Shown here: piece by piece, positions 7,839-15,981 of the stretch | Position numbering within the stretch: the stretch's first letter is position 1 | How the letters are laid out: the number at the start of each line of letters is the position of its first letter | DNA from: Rhizobiaceae bacterium | GTDB lineage: Bacteria; Pseudomonadota; Alphaproteobacteria; Rhizobiales; Rhizobiaceae | Direction: 5' to 3' | Assembly (NCBI GenBank): GCA_016742175.1 | Contig: JACVCH010000012.1 | Coordinates: 57,023 to 97,022, forward strand | DNA length: 40,000 bases | The notes under the pieces: generated by a model | The model's input: only the letters and a program-made list of their open reading frames with translations | Told to the model about the DNA's origin: nothing | Database searches by the model: none | Position numbers and translations under genes: made by a program

Positions 7839-10108
7839 TCGACCATTTGGCCGCGTGTGAGCAGAAGTGGCTGGAACGCTTCTTTACGTCGCCGAACGAG
7901 CTTAGCTGGACATCGCTCGTCGACGGGTCAGCGCCTGCAGACCAGGCAGACCAGGTTCGGCGGTGGCTCTCGCATCTCGGCGCCAAGCGAACCAACGCGC
8001 CGCTCGTTCTCCCATTTGTGCGCGGCGGAGAAGTTACGGGCTGGTATGCTACCACCCAGGGGCCGGCAGGCGGGTATGAGCTGAGGGATGAACTCAATGC
8101 TTGGCTCGGCCCCACTTGGCTGAGCCGCTTCGAGCGAGTCCCGGACGATGCTGCCGATCCGATGGCAACTGCGCTTCGCCGTCGCTTCGAGGGGACGATC
8201 TATCGCTTCACCGGCCCGGACGCCGCCGCCATGCGAACGATCACGGGTCGACTGAACGATTTTGCCGCGTTGCTTGAACTCAAGCCGAGCGCGCCGCGTG
8301 CGCTTATCCGCCCGGTCGGTGCGATACGGGGCGATTTCGAGCGAGCACTGCTGGCCGGCGATGAGGCACGGGCCCAGGCGATGATCGCCGAGTTGAAGCA
8401 GACAGGCCGCCTCAACGAGGAGAACCTCAAATTTCTCGAGGTTCGGCTGAGCGCTGGCCTGGGTTTTTGGCCGCAGATTGCGCGCGATCACTGGCTCATT
8501 AAGACCCTCGCGGAGCTTGCGGCTCCGCCGCAGATTGTCGCCGATCTCATCGAGGCGCTCTACCGAACTTATGTCGACGGCTCTGAGGCGAGCGGCGACC
8601 GGGCTGCGCTGCGGGAAGCCTTTTCCCTCCATGTCGCGACCCCCTATCCCAAGCTTTTTGCCTCCCGTCGCGGCATTCGCGCACCCCGGGTGGTCAAGGC
8701 ATTCGCGTTGTTTGAGCAGTTGCAGGCGAGCCCCGACCCGGCGATCGTCGCCTCGTTGCTCGCCTTATTGCCTGCGGGAACGGACACCGCGCTGTTCGAA
8801 ACGGCTCCTGTCCCAGAATCCAAGCCTGCAACTGTCACGACAATGGACGAGGCAGACGAAGCTTTTGACGACGGGCAGATCGATCGCGCTTTTGAATTTT
8901 ACCTGCGGTTGCCGCCGAGCAGAAAGACGATTAGCAGGTTGGTGTCCTGCGTAGGCTCGATCGGCACTGACGAGGCTCGGGATCGCCTGCTTGGGCTAGT
9001 TGAAGGTTCCAATCCGGCGGTTCTCGACTCCTTGGCACCCGCCGTTGCGACAAAGATCGAAAGCCTGAGGCAGTGGCAGACTGACGATGCTGCGCCCGCG
9101 CAACCTGCAGCCGAGGTAACACCCTGGTTGCGGTGGGCTGAGCAGTTGCAGGCGGGCCAAAATCTCGCCGCTGCCGAACGCGACGCGCAAACCGCTGCCA
9201 CAAGTTGGGATGCGTCGGCTGTAAGAGATAGCGGCAAACTCGCTCAACGTTTTGCCGATATCATCGGAGGTCTCGACGGCGAGGCCAGCGCTGTCAGTCG
9301 CACTGCGGTACCGCAAATCTTCGCAAGCTTCTTCCACGACGAGGACAAGGTGTCACCGGCCGCGAAGCCGATCGCATCCATGCTGTTTCTGTTGATCGCG
9401 ATGGATGATTTTCTTTCACGACCCGACCTGGACCTGATCGCCCGATTGACGACTTTGCTGATCGAGCAGGGATTGTCATCGTCCGAATACGTATCGCTGA
9501 TGGGTGATCTCGAAGATGTGCAGAAGCGGATAGGCTCCTACGCCTATCTGCCTTGGAGTCTGGACCTCAGCGAGGCGCTAGCTATCCTGCCATGCCCGTC
9601 AGACGACGCGCGCGACGCGCGGCTGAGACTCTTTCTGCAAGTACTCGGCCAGACTGCTAGCTTCGCCCATCGTCTGATGCCGGCCGATCTGCTGCCATTA
9701 GAGACGCTAACTAAAGACTACGGTGTCGGCGAGGAGGCTATCACGGCGCTAAGGCGAAGCGCGGAGGTGGTGGAGGCTGACGCACCATCCCCGCCCAGCC
9801 TTGGTGGGAAGACGATTGGCATCTACACACTCGCGGAGGCGGCCGGAATTCGCGCCAAGTCAGCTCTCGAGGCGCTGTTCCCAGGCTGCAAGGTGGTCAT
9901 GAATTCGGATCTAGTCGCAACTGCGCAACTTACGAGTCTAGCGAAGGCGGCCGATTTGTTCGTGTTCACCTGGAAGAGCAGCAGCCACCAAGCCTTCTAC
10001 TGCGTTAAAGATGCCTTGGCGGGCAAGGATCCGATCTGGGCGCCAGGCAAGGGAACAGCGAGCATCTTGCGAGCAGTCCTCGACCATCTTAGAGGCACCG
10101 GTGACTGA
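7835..10108 (+). CDS. Hypothetical 757-aa protein, last gene of the helicase/PLD operon; C-terminal ~100 aa resemble a DUF2325-type domain (from memory, unverified)
   Basis: ATG 7835 overlaps the PLD stop (ATGA 7835-7838); the ORF-track start 7649 would lie inside the PLD gene. The C-terminus ...KAADLFVFTWKSSSHQAFYCVKDAL... resembles the aDlvv..t..vsH.....vK pattern I recall for DUF2325. Confidence 0.6.
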   Translation: MIDHLAACEQKWLERFFTSPNELSWTSLVDGSAPADQADQVRRWLSHLGAKRTNAPLVLPFVRGGEVTGWYATTQGPAGGYELRDELNAWLGPTWLSRFERVPDDAADPMATALRRRFEGTIYRFTGPDAAAMRTITGRLNDFAALLELKPSAPRALIRPVGAIRGDFERALLAGDEARAQAMIAELKQTGRLNEENLKFLEVRLSAGLGFWPQIARDHWLIKTLAELAAPPQIVADLIEALYRTYVDGSEASGDRAALREAFSLHVATPYPKLFASRRGIRAPRVVKAFALFEQLQASPDPAIVASLLALLPAGTDTALFETAPVPESKPATVTTMDEADEAFDDGQIDRAFEFYLRLPPSRKTISRLVSCVGSIGTDEARDRLLGLVEGSNPAVLDSLAPAVATKIESLRQWQTDDAAPAQPAAEVTPWLRWAEQLQAGQNLAAAERDAQTAATSWDASAVRDSGKLAQRFADIIGGLDGEASAVSRTAVPQIFASFFHDEDKVSPAAKPIASMLFLLIAMDDFLSRPDLDLIARLTTLLIEQGLSSSEYVSLMGDLEDVQKRIGSYAYLPWSLDLSEALAILPCPSDDARDARLRLFLQVLGQTASFAHRLMPADLLPLETLTKDYGVGEEAITALRRSAEVVEADAPSPPSLGGKTIGIYTLAEAAGIRAKSALEALFPGCKVVMNSDLVATAQLTSLAKAADLFVFTWKSSSHQAFYCVKDALAGKDPIWAPGKGTASILRAVLDHLRGTGD

Positions 10109-10183
10109 GTTAGATCGAACAGGTATGACCACCGCTTGCCAATAGGGCCTATGCCACCTTGTGGCGTTCATAAATAGTGAACA

Positions 10184-10756
10184 TCAGGGCCTCAGATTCC
10201 ACACCCGATTGTCCCGCGATCGAACCCATGCGAGTACCGGCAGCGCCGCGACGACCATCCACAGTTTGCCAAGAACCTGACCCGGGAGAAGGTCGAGCCC
10301 CCCGAAAGCGAGGGTGAGAAAGACGATGCTATCGATGATTAAGCCTACGATACTGCTGGCGGTGGCAGCCAAGATCAAACCGCGACGCTGAAGCGGAGTG
10401 TATACTAGCAGATCTGCAACCTCCGACAGAGCGAAGGCTGCCGTTGAGGCGACGATCAGTGCCGGGGGTGCGAAAAATACAGATAGGATCGCCCCGATAG
10501 CGATGGCCGCAACCGACCAGGCGAGACCGAGCCGCCTTTGGACAAGATCGCGTAAGACAAGCGCTGCCCCGATGGCGAGGACCCCGCTTGGCGCGTAAAT
10601 TCCAGGCGCAACTGGGATGAGGCACGGACCATCTGGCACGCAGACTGTGCCCACATTTCCGATCATCCAATTGGCAAGCGGGATCGTGCATGCGAACGCC
10701 GCCAAGAATAAGCCACCCTCGATACGTTGCCTTCTATCAAGGTTACGCAATGGCAT
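10184..10756 (-). CDS. YhhQ/VUT-family membrane protein (queuosine-precursor transporter family)
   Basis: Polytopic hydrophobic protein. Segments align by eye to E. coli YhhQ: [24 protein letters not shown] vs ASFMAYALGQILDVHVFNRLRQ, and [20 protein letters not shown] vs ASTLFGNVSDTLAFFFIAF. Start is the internal ATG 10756, giving a 14-nt overlap with the queC stop at 10743. Confidence 0.7.
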   Translation of the reverse strand: MPLRNLDRRQRIEGGLFLAAFACTIPLANWMIGNVGTVCVPDGPCLIPVAPGIYAPSGVLAIGAALVLRDLVQRRLGLAWSVAAIAIGAILSVFFAPPALIVASTAAFALSEVADLLVYTPLQRRGLILAATASSIVGLIIDSIVFLTLAFGGLDLLPGQVLGKLWMVVAALPVLAWVRSRDNRVWNLRP

Positions 10757-11462
10757 TCTCCAGAGCCGCAGTGCGGAACTTTTCATATCCACGAGCGCGC
10801 AGATCACAAGCGGGACATTCGCCGCAGCCGCGCCCCCATTCGTTGATATGCTCGACGTCACCATTGTAGCAGGTCAACGTCCCATCCCGGATCAGTTCGA
10901 CGAGAGGAGCACCACCCAGTTTGTCTGCAAGCGACCACGTCTCAGCTTTGTTGATCCACATCAATGGCGTTTCCAAAACAAACCGGCTCTCCATGCCGAG
11001 ATTGAGGGCGACTTGCAGAGCTTTGATCGTGTCGTCCCGGCAGTCGGGATACCCGGAAAAATCTGTTTCGCAGACTCCGGTGACCACATGCTTCAGGCCT
11101 CGGCGATAAGCGACCGCTGCGGCGAAGGTAAGAAATAAGATGTTGCGGCCAGGCACAAACGTATTCGGCAGACCAGATGACATTGTCGCAATTTCAACTT
11201 CGCGCGTTAAGGCGGTATCGCTGATTTCGCCAAGCACAGCGAGATTGAGCACCCGATCGTCGCCAAGCCTCGCGGCCCATCCCGGGAAGGCTTTCGCCAG
11301 GCCGGCGCGGAATTCGATACGCGCATCGAGTTCCGCGCGGTGACGTTGTCCGTAGTCAAAGCCAATTGTCTCGACGCGGTCAAAGCGGTTCAGCGCCCAG
11401 ACGAGACACGTCGCGGAGTCTTGGCCGCCCGAGAAAAGTACGAGTGCACTGCTATCCGTCAT
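10743..11462 (-). CDS. queC: 7-cyano-7-deazaguanine (preQ0) synthase QueC
   Basis: N-terminal PP-loop [15 protein letters not shown] and C-terminal Zn motif [10 protein letters not shown]. Start ATG 11462 overlaps the queD stop (ATGA 11459-11462). The ORF-track N-terminal extension lies inside queD. Confidence 0.92.
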   Translation of the reverse strand: MTDSSALVLFSGGQDSATCLVWALNRFDRVETIGFDYGQRHRAELDARIEFRAGLAKAFPGWAARLGDDRVLNLAVLGEISDTALTREVEIATMSSGLPNTFVPGRNILFLTFAAAVAYRRGLKHVVTGVCETDFSGYPDCRDDTIKALQVALNLGMESRFVLETPLMWINKAETWSLADKLGGAPLVELIRDGTLTCYNGDVEHINEWGRGCGECPACDLRARGYEKFRTAALENAIA

Positions 11463-11833
11463 TGCGTGTTCTCGGAACCATAATAGCTGCAGGCGCCCGT
11501 GTCGCTGTCGCGGCGAACGGTGACCCGCCACAAGTTCGGACAGACCGGCGCGACTCTTTGCCAAATCCAAAATGACAGATTTTCGATCGTACTTGGACCA
11601 AGATCGGCAATCTCGTCCAAAAGGCGGTGATCAAGCCCATCGCGGGCCTCTTCGAGAGCTTGTTCAAAAAGCGCCAGGTCTACGATCATGCCGGTACGCG
11701 GATCTGGAAGACCGCGCACGGCGACTTCTGCTCGATAGGAATGTCCGTGAATGCGTCGGCTGGGCTCAACGTCCACAGTTCGTTGGAGCGTGTGAGCGGC
11801 GTCAAAACGAAATTCCCTGCTGAGTTCGTACAT
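11459..11833 (-). CDS. queD: 6-carboxy-5,6,7,8-tetrahydropterin synthase QueD
   Basis: 124 aa with FRFDAAH...RIHGHSY (PTPS/QueD metal-binding His motif). Start overlaps the queE stop by 1 nt (TAATG at 11831-11835). Confidence 0.9.
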   Translation of the reverse strand: MYELSREFRFDAAHTLQRTVDVEPSRRIHGHSYRAEVAVRGLPDPRTGMIVDLALFEQALEEARDGLDHRLLDEIADLGPSTIENLSFWIWQRVAPVCPNLWRVTVRRDSDTGACSYYGSENTQ

Positions 11834-12465
11834 TATCGAATGCCCATGAATTTGTGTGTTTGCAACGATAATCGCCAGCGCGGGTGCTGCAGGCAGTAGG
11901 CAATCGCTGCCGCAGTATTGGTCTCGCGCGCGATGTCATCGCGAGGTTGAAGAAAAAAATGTTCGAAAGCGAGATTTTCGAACGAAAGCGGGTCTACTCC
12001 TTCTTGGGGAAAGACCAGCTTCAACTCATTCCCTGAGGTTTGGATTAAGGGCGTTTCACCCTTGGGACTGACAGTAATCCAGTCGATCTTGGTCGGAGCG
12101 GGAAGCGATCCGTTGGTTTCAAGCGCAACCTCGAATCGAGCCGCATGAAGAGCCGAGACAAGCTCCTCTCCCACCTGCAAAAGCGGTTCGCCGCCGGTCA
12201 GAACCACGAACCGGTCTGTGTCTCCACCGCCCCACATCGCCTCGATGCCAGCCACAAGTGATTGAGCATCCACGAAGCGCCCGCCGCCGTCGCCATCGGT
12301 ACCGACGAAGTCCGTATCGCAAAACTTGCATGCTGCTGTCGCCCGATCACGCTCCCGCCCGCTCCACAGATTGCATCCGGCAAAACGACAGAATACAGCA
12401 GGGCGCCCCGTATGGCGTCCTTCGCCTTGAAGGGAATAGAACATTTCCTTGACGGCATAGGACAT
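11833..12465 (-). CDS. queE: 7-carboxy-7-deazaguanine synthase QueE (radical SAM, short Burkholderia-type)
   Basis: MSYAVKEMFYSLQGEG...CRFAGCNLWSGRE...CKFCDTDF...LQTHKFMGIR is near-collinear with my recollection of Burkholderia multivorans QueE. Start is the internal ATG 12465, 2 nt after the upstream stop at 12468-12470. Confidence 0.92.
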   Translation of the reverse strand: MSYAVKEMFYSLQGEGRHTGRPAVFCRFAGCNLWSGRERDRATAACKFCDTDFVGTDGDGGGRFVDAQSLVAGIEAMWGGGDTDRFVVLTGGEPLLQVGEELVSALHAARFEVALETNGSLPAPTKIDWITVSPKGETPLIQTSGNELKLVFPQEGVDPLSFENLAFEHFFLQPRDDIARETNTAAAIAYCLQHPRWRLSLQTHKFMGIR

Positions 12466-12467
12466 AC

Positions 12468-13556
12468 TCAGGCCGCCTTTTCGGTTTCGGCCAGGCGTCG
12501 CTTGAGCACCTGGACGAGATGAAAAGACAACTGGCGCACATCGGCCGGAACGTTCTGGAGCCCATTCCAACGCCGACGCTCTGCTCCAAATTCCCACTCG
12601 CCCGCGCTCCAGGCGGTTTTTCCTTTGAGCAATCGCAGACCAGCGGCGAACTCGTCCCGAGTCGAGGCGCCCGTGACGCTATTCAAAAAATCCATGACAT
12701 AGCCGAGAGCAATGATGCCGGTGCCATGGAGCAACCGAGATGACTTCGGTGTGTGTCCGATCCAATCCTCCGCGAAGACGTGCCGAACAGCGTGATAGAA
12801 TTCACTCATCGTGGTCACTCCCTTCTCCAGCAGGAGTTGATCCTCACCGGCGTAGAGGCGGAGCGTCCCGTCACTGAGGGAATTCATAATTACCCTTTGG
12901 AGGACGGTATCGCGGATGACGCCTTTGGGGTTTGTTTGCTGTTTGATCAGCCCTCTTAGTGAGGATCCTTCGCGATAGTTCAGCGCTTCAGTAACAAGAG
13001 CGGCTTGCGACCGACTTGACATTCTTGCCGGAAGATCTCCGACTTTAGGCAGAAGCTCATAAACAAGCGCTTTTGGCAGCGGGCGGGTGTTGTTGACCAA
13101 GATGAACTGCTTTTGAAGCTCCTCCTCGGTTTCGCAAAGAAAGCCCGAAACCAGCACCTCGAACTCGCGTTCGCGAAGTTCTGAAAGTGCTGTAAAGCGC
13201 TGTTGCCCATCCACGATCCAGCCGGGAGGGCCATTGGAGGTATCCACAACGAGTTGGTGAAGACGGCCCTCCGGACTCGTTGCTGGCTCCAGCCAGGCAC
13301 CGCCCATGAACGCGACCACGATGGCGTTCGGCAAGATCGCGTTTGGCTTTTCAAGGTAGTCGCGGATCTCGCGAATGTGGCCTGCAATTTGAGGCCTTTG
13401 AAAGCCTTGCAAGGTGCCGCCAGTATCTCGTCCCGCTCGCTCAATGCGAGCAATGCGCGCTACCTCGGAAGCTTTCGCCACGAACGTGAAAACTGCCAGC
13501 TTGTCGCTCTGGATCGGCGCAAGGGCGTCGAACCTAATATGGTGGGAATGGCTCAT
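12468..13556 (-). CDS. dpdB: DGQHR-domain (DndB/ParB-like) protein, DpdB-like, paralog 1
   Basis: Motifs LQGFQR, PNAIVVAF, WIVDGQQRFTAL, KQFILVNNTRPL. Start ATG 13556 overlaps the dpdA stop (ATGA 13553-13556). Confidence 0.75.
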   Translation of the reverse strand: MSHSHHIRFDALAPIQSDKLAVFTFVAKASEVARIARIERAGRDTGGTLQGFQRPQIAGHIREIRDYLEKPNAILPNAIVVAFMGGAWLEPATSPEGRLHQLVVDTSNGPPGWIVDGQQRFTALSELREREFEVLVSGFLCETEEELQKQFILVNNTRPLPKALVYELLPKVGDLPARMSSRSQAALVTEALNYREGSSLRGLIKQQTNPKGVIRDTVLQRVIMNSLSDGTLRLYAGEDQLLLEKGVTTMSEFYHAVRHVFAEDWIGHTPKSSRLLHGTGIIALGYVMDFLNSVTGASTRDEFAAGLRLLKGKTAWSAGEWEFGAERRRWNGLQNVPADVRQLSFHLVQVLKRRLAETEKAA

Positions 13557-14842
13557 ACAGTTTCCTGTCGAAATTCGGATAGGTGCGTGTGAAAGACGTG
13601 AAGGTTGTGAATGCCGCGGCGCTTGTTACGATTGGATGTTCGGAAAATTACTGCCTCAACACCGCTCTCCCGGCAAACCCTGCAACTGCAGTTGTCCCAA
13701 GGTCGATCGCCAAGGGTTTGCGCATAGGCTTTTCGCTGTCGCTTAACGGCATCAGCACGACGCCCGGGCGATGCCTCTTCGTCCCAGTTCAGAGCGGCCC
13801 AATAGTCCATCACACTATCAAGCGCCGGCTCCAAGGCCACGTTGCCATCAGCATAAGCCCGCACATGACGCAGGGCAGCGTCCTCGAGACGTCGCGCATC
13901 TTCCTGGTTGAGACTACCTTCCAGCGCCTTTTGCTTGAGCTTGTTGTTTTGAGTGGCCTGGGGAATGCGAATTGCCGTGTAGTAAGACAGGTCGCCGCCG
14001 GGCGTGCGCGCCCAATAATTCTTTCGGGCATCTTTAAACGCTCGCAAAAGAGGTGACGTCGTATCGAAGCTGGTTACTTTGAACCTGTCGAGCACGGCGA
14101 GTTCCTCGATCTTTCCAAAGCCCAAAAGGTGCAGCCGAACGTGCTCGGGGATTGCGTCCCGCAGGGCGCTTAAGACACGGCTGATTTGTTCAATCCTCAA
14201 AGGTACTGTGCCCCCAATCGCCAAGTAGTCGTAGCCCATATCCGCCAAGTTGCACGCCGCTTGTGCCATGCTTTCGGCAGACCATCCTTGGATGACGCCC
14301 ATCGGCGTGAACTGGGGTCCGAGTGCCTTCGCCGCTTTGTGGAACTCGCTAGCATTCTGGAGGGTAATTTCGTATCGCGAGCGCACATCCTCAGGAACGT
14401 CGCTCAAACGCCGCGTTACGCTTATGTCGTCGAAATCGAAGATAAGGTGATCCGGTGAGCATCCGTGCGTAAAGCCGCCGTCGGCGTAAAACTCGGCTGT
14501 GTCGTCCGCGTGGTAGGGTGGTTCCGGCAGATTGCGATACGAAAAGGCGCCGCAGTCACCCAGCATGATGCTCCCGGGGAATCGATCAAGGGGATACCGC
14601 AAGAATCGACGAGCGCCTTCTCGACGAAACCGCATGAGCTGCGCCTCAGAGTACTTCCCGGGGTGCCCAATGTCGCCGACGATGCCGCGAGATACCAGAA
14701 TCCCGTCATAAGGGGCCTGATCAAGGAACTCATGCGGGTACGCGTCGTCGCGATGGACCGCCCGGCCCTTGCCGTTTCGATCTTCAATGAAATCGTATTC
14801 GGGGTCGATAGTGTCGACGCTGTCGGCAAATACGAACCGCAT
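13553..14842 (-). CDS. dpdA: tRNA-guanine transglycosylase paralog, DNA-guanine transglycosylase DpdA-like (429 aa)
   Basis: TGT-fold signatures: GDCGAFSY, YLAIGGTVPL, and C-terminal Zn motif CSCRVC followed ~22-28 residues later by HNLHVFH. Sits between two DGQHR genes and upstream of queE/D/C. Start is the internal ATG 14842 (MRFVFADSVD...), a 1-nt TAATG overlap with the upstream stop. Confidence 0.85.
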   Translation of the reverse strand: MRFVFADSVDTIDPEYDFIEDRNGKGRAVHRDDAYPHEFLDQAPYDGILVSRGIVGDIGHPGKYSEAQLMRFRREGARRFLRYPLDRFPGSIMLGDCGAFSYRNLPEPPYHADDTAEFYADGGFTHGCSPDHLIFDFDDISVTRRLSDVPEDVRSRYEITLQNASEFHKAAKALGPQFTPMGVIQGWSAESMAQAACNLADMGYDYLAIGGTVPLRIEQISRVLSALRDAIPEHVRLHLLGFGKIEELAVLDRFKVTSFDTTSPLLRAFKDARKNYWARTPGGDLSYYTAIRIPQATQNNKLKQKALEGSLNQEDARRLEDAALRHVRAYADGNVALEPALDSVMDYWAALNWDEEASPGRRADAVKRQRKAYAQTLGDRPWDNCSCRVCRESGVEAVIFRTSNRNKRRGIHNLHVFHTHLSEFRQETV

Positions 14843-15981
14843 TACGCAACCTTCGCAAAGGCATGCATATGGTCGAGGCGCGCCAAATGACCGGATAACA
14901 TTTTGATGTCGCGTCCAACGTTTTGAATGTCGTTCCAGTCTCGCTGAAGTTCCGTCCACCTGCCTGTCGTCCAACGGCAATATGGAGCGATCCGTGACAG
15001 AGACTGTGTCGCGTGGAGGAGCAGGTCCGTCCCTGGCGCTGCACGCGACATGATCCGGTCCATCAAGAGGCTCATCGCCTCAATGCCCGCTGAGTGCATG
15101 AGTCGACTTTCTGTGGCTGGACGGCCCCACGCTTCCGGAAACACCGTGCGCACAGCGCTCCAGTAGGCGACAAGTGTGCGGTACATGGCATCAATGTCGG
15201 CGGGCGATTCTGCTGTCGCCTTGTATGGAGCAAGACAGCCAAGCGCACTGTTGATGCTGTTTCTGATCGCTTTGATCAAGGCCGAGTCCGTCACGACTGC
15301 AGTGGCAGAATCCTCGGACAGTCTCTTGATCAAGCCGAAGAACGGAGACTCTGCAGACGTTTGCAGGAGATTGACCAATTCACTGGGAATTTTCCGAGAC
15401 GAAAGGTCACGCGGGAAGGTGGTGTCCACCTCGGGGAGCAATTCGTTGATCAAGCGAGGATCAAGGGGCCTGGCCTTATTGACCAAGATGAATTGCTCAC
15501 GATGAACTGACAGTTCTTCCGATACGAAGGCAATAACAGGAACCGGGAAGGTTTTGTTCTGAGCCTGGGAAAGCGCGAGTGAGCGCTGCTGCCCATCAAC
15601 GATCCAGGCCGCCTTTGGACCATTGATGGGCAGGGGGATCCGCAGCGTCCCCGCTTCACAAGAGCGTACATCACCGCTCGGCCGTTCGCCCCGCGCCTGC
15701 GTAAAGCGCGCCCGGGGTGAAATGGCGAGAATGATAGCATTCGGGAAGAGCACGGGACCTTGATCTAAGAAATCTGTTATCGCTTGAACGTGACTCAGGA
15801 TTCCTTTGCGCTGAAATCCCTGCAGCCCTCCCTCGCTATCGCGGTGGACACGGCTAATTTCGGCAATTTTCAGCAGGTCAGCACCAGCCACAAAAAACGC
15901 GTAGACCGCTTTGTCCGCCTGTTCCGTGCGAACTGCCCGTACTGCGAGCGTAGGCTCCGCTGCTTTGCGCGGGCGTGTCAT
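14842..15981 (-). CDS. DGQHR-domain (DndB/ParB-like) protein, DpdB-like, paralog 2
   Basis: Same motif set as 12468-13556: LQGFQR, PNAIILAI, WIVDGQQRSLAL, EQFILVNKARPL, SRLMHSAGIEA. Start ATG 15981 overlaps the upstream stop (ATGA 15978-15981). Confidence 0.75.
   Translation of the reverse strand: MTRPRKAAEPTLAVRAVRTEQADKAVYAFFVAGADLLKIAEISRVHRDSEGGLQGFQRKGILSHVQAITDFLDQGPVLFPNAIILAISPRARFTQARGERPSGDVRSCEAGTLRIPLPINGPKAAWIVDGQQRSLALSQAQNKTFPVPVIAFVSEELSVHREQFILVNKARPLDPRLINELLPEVDTTFPRDLSSRKIPSELVNLLQTSAESPFFGLIKRLSEDSATAVVTDSALIKAIRNSINSALGCLAPYKATAESPADIDAMYRTLVAYWSAVRTVFPEAWGRPATESRLMHSAGIEAMSLLMDRIMSRAAPGTDLLLHATQSLSRIAPYCRWTTGRWTELQRDWNDIQNVGRDIKMLSGHLARLDHMHAFAKVA

Noticed and set aside
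10109-10183. Bidirectional terminator between the convergent operons
   Set aside because: Only a weak 5-bp stem (GCCAC ctt GTGGC) is present, with no U-tract. This is not enough to call a terminator.
10329-11138. Alternative-frame ORFs (120 aa minus strand, 173 aa plus strand) overlapping the transporter and queC
   Set aside because: They overlap genes with strong family motifs, and their translations are Arg/Ser/Cys-rich without hydrophobic or catalytic patterns.
10743-12465. Reading queC/D/E as ordinary tRNA-queuosine housekeeping genes
   Set aside because: They are overlap-coupled to the dpdA/DGQHR genes in one operon, sit in a lower-GC block, and lack queF, tgt and queA neighbours. This cannot be excluded without the rest of the genome, so it is kept as the refutation condition of the relevant finding.
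12466-12597. N-terminal extensions given by the ORF track for queE (to 12597), queC (to 11570), dpdA (to 14980), the transporter (to 10864), the PLD gene (from 7098) and the 757-aa gene (from 7649)
   Set aside because: Each extension lies inside the preceding gene. In each case an internal Met sits exactly at an ATGA/TAATG-type junction or a short (14-nt) overlap with the preceding gene. For queC, queE and dpdA that Met also opens a conserved family N-terminus ([40 protein letters not shown]...).
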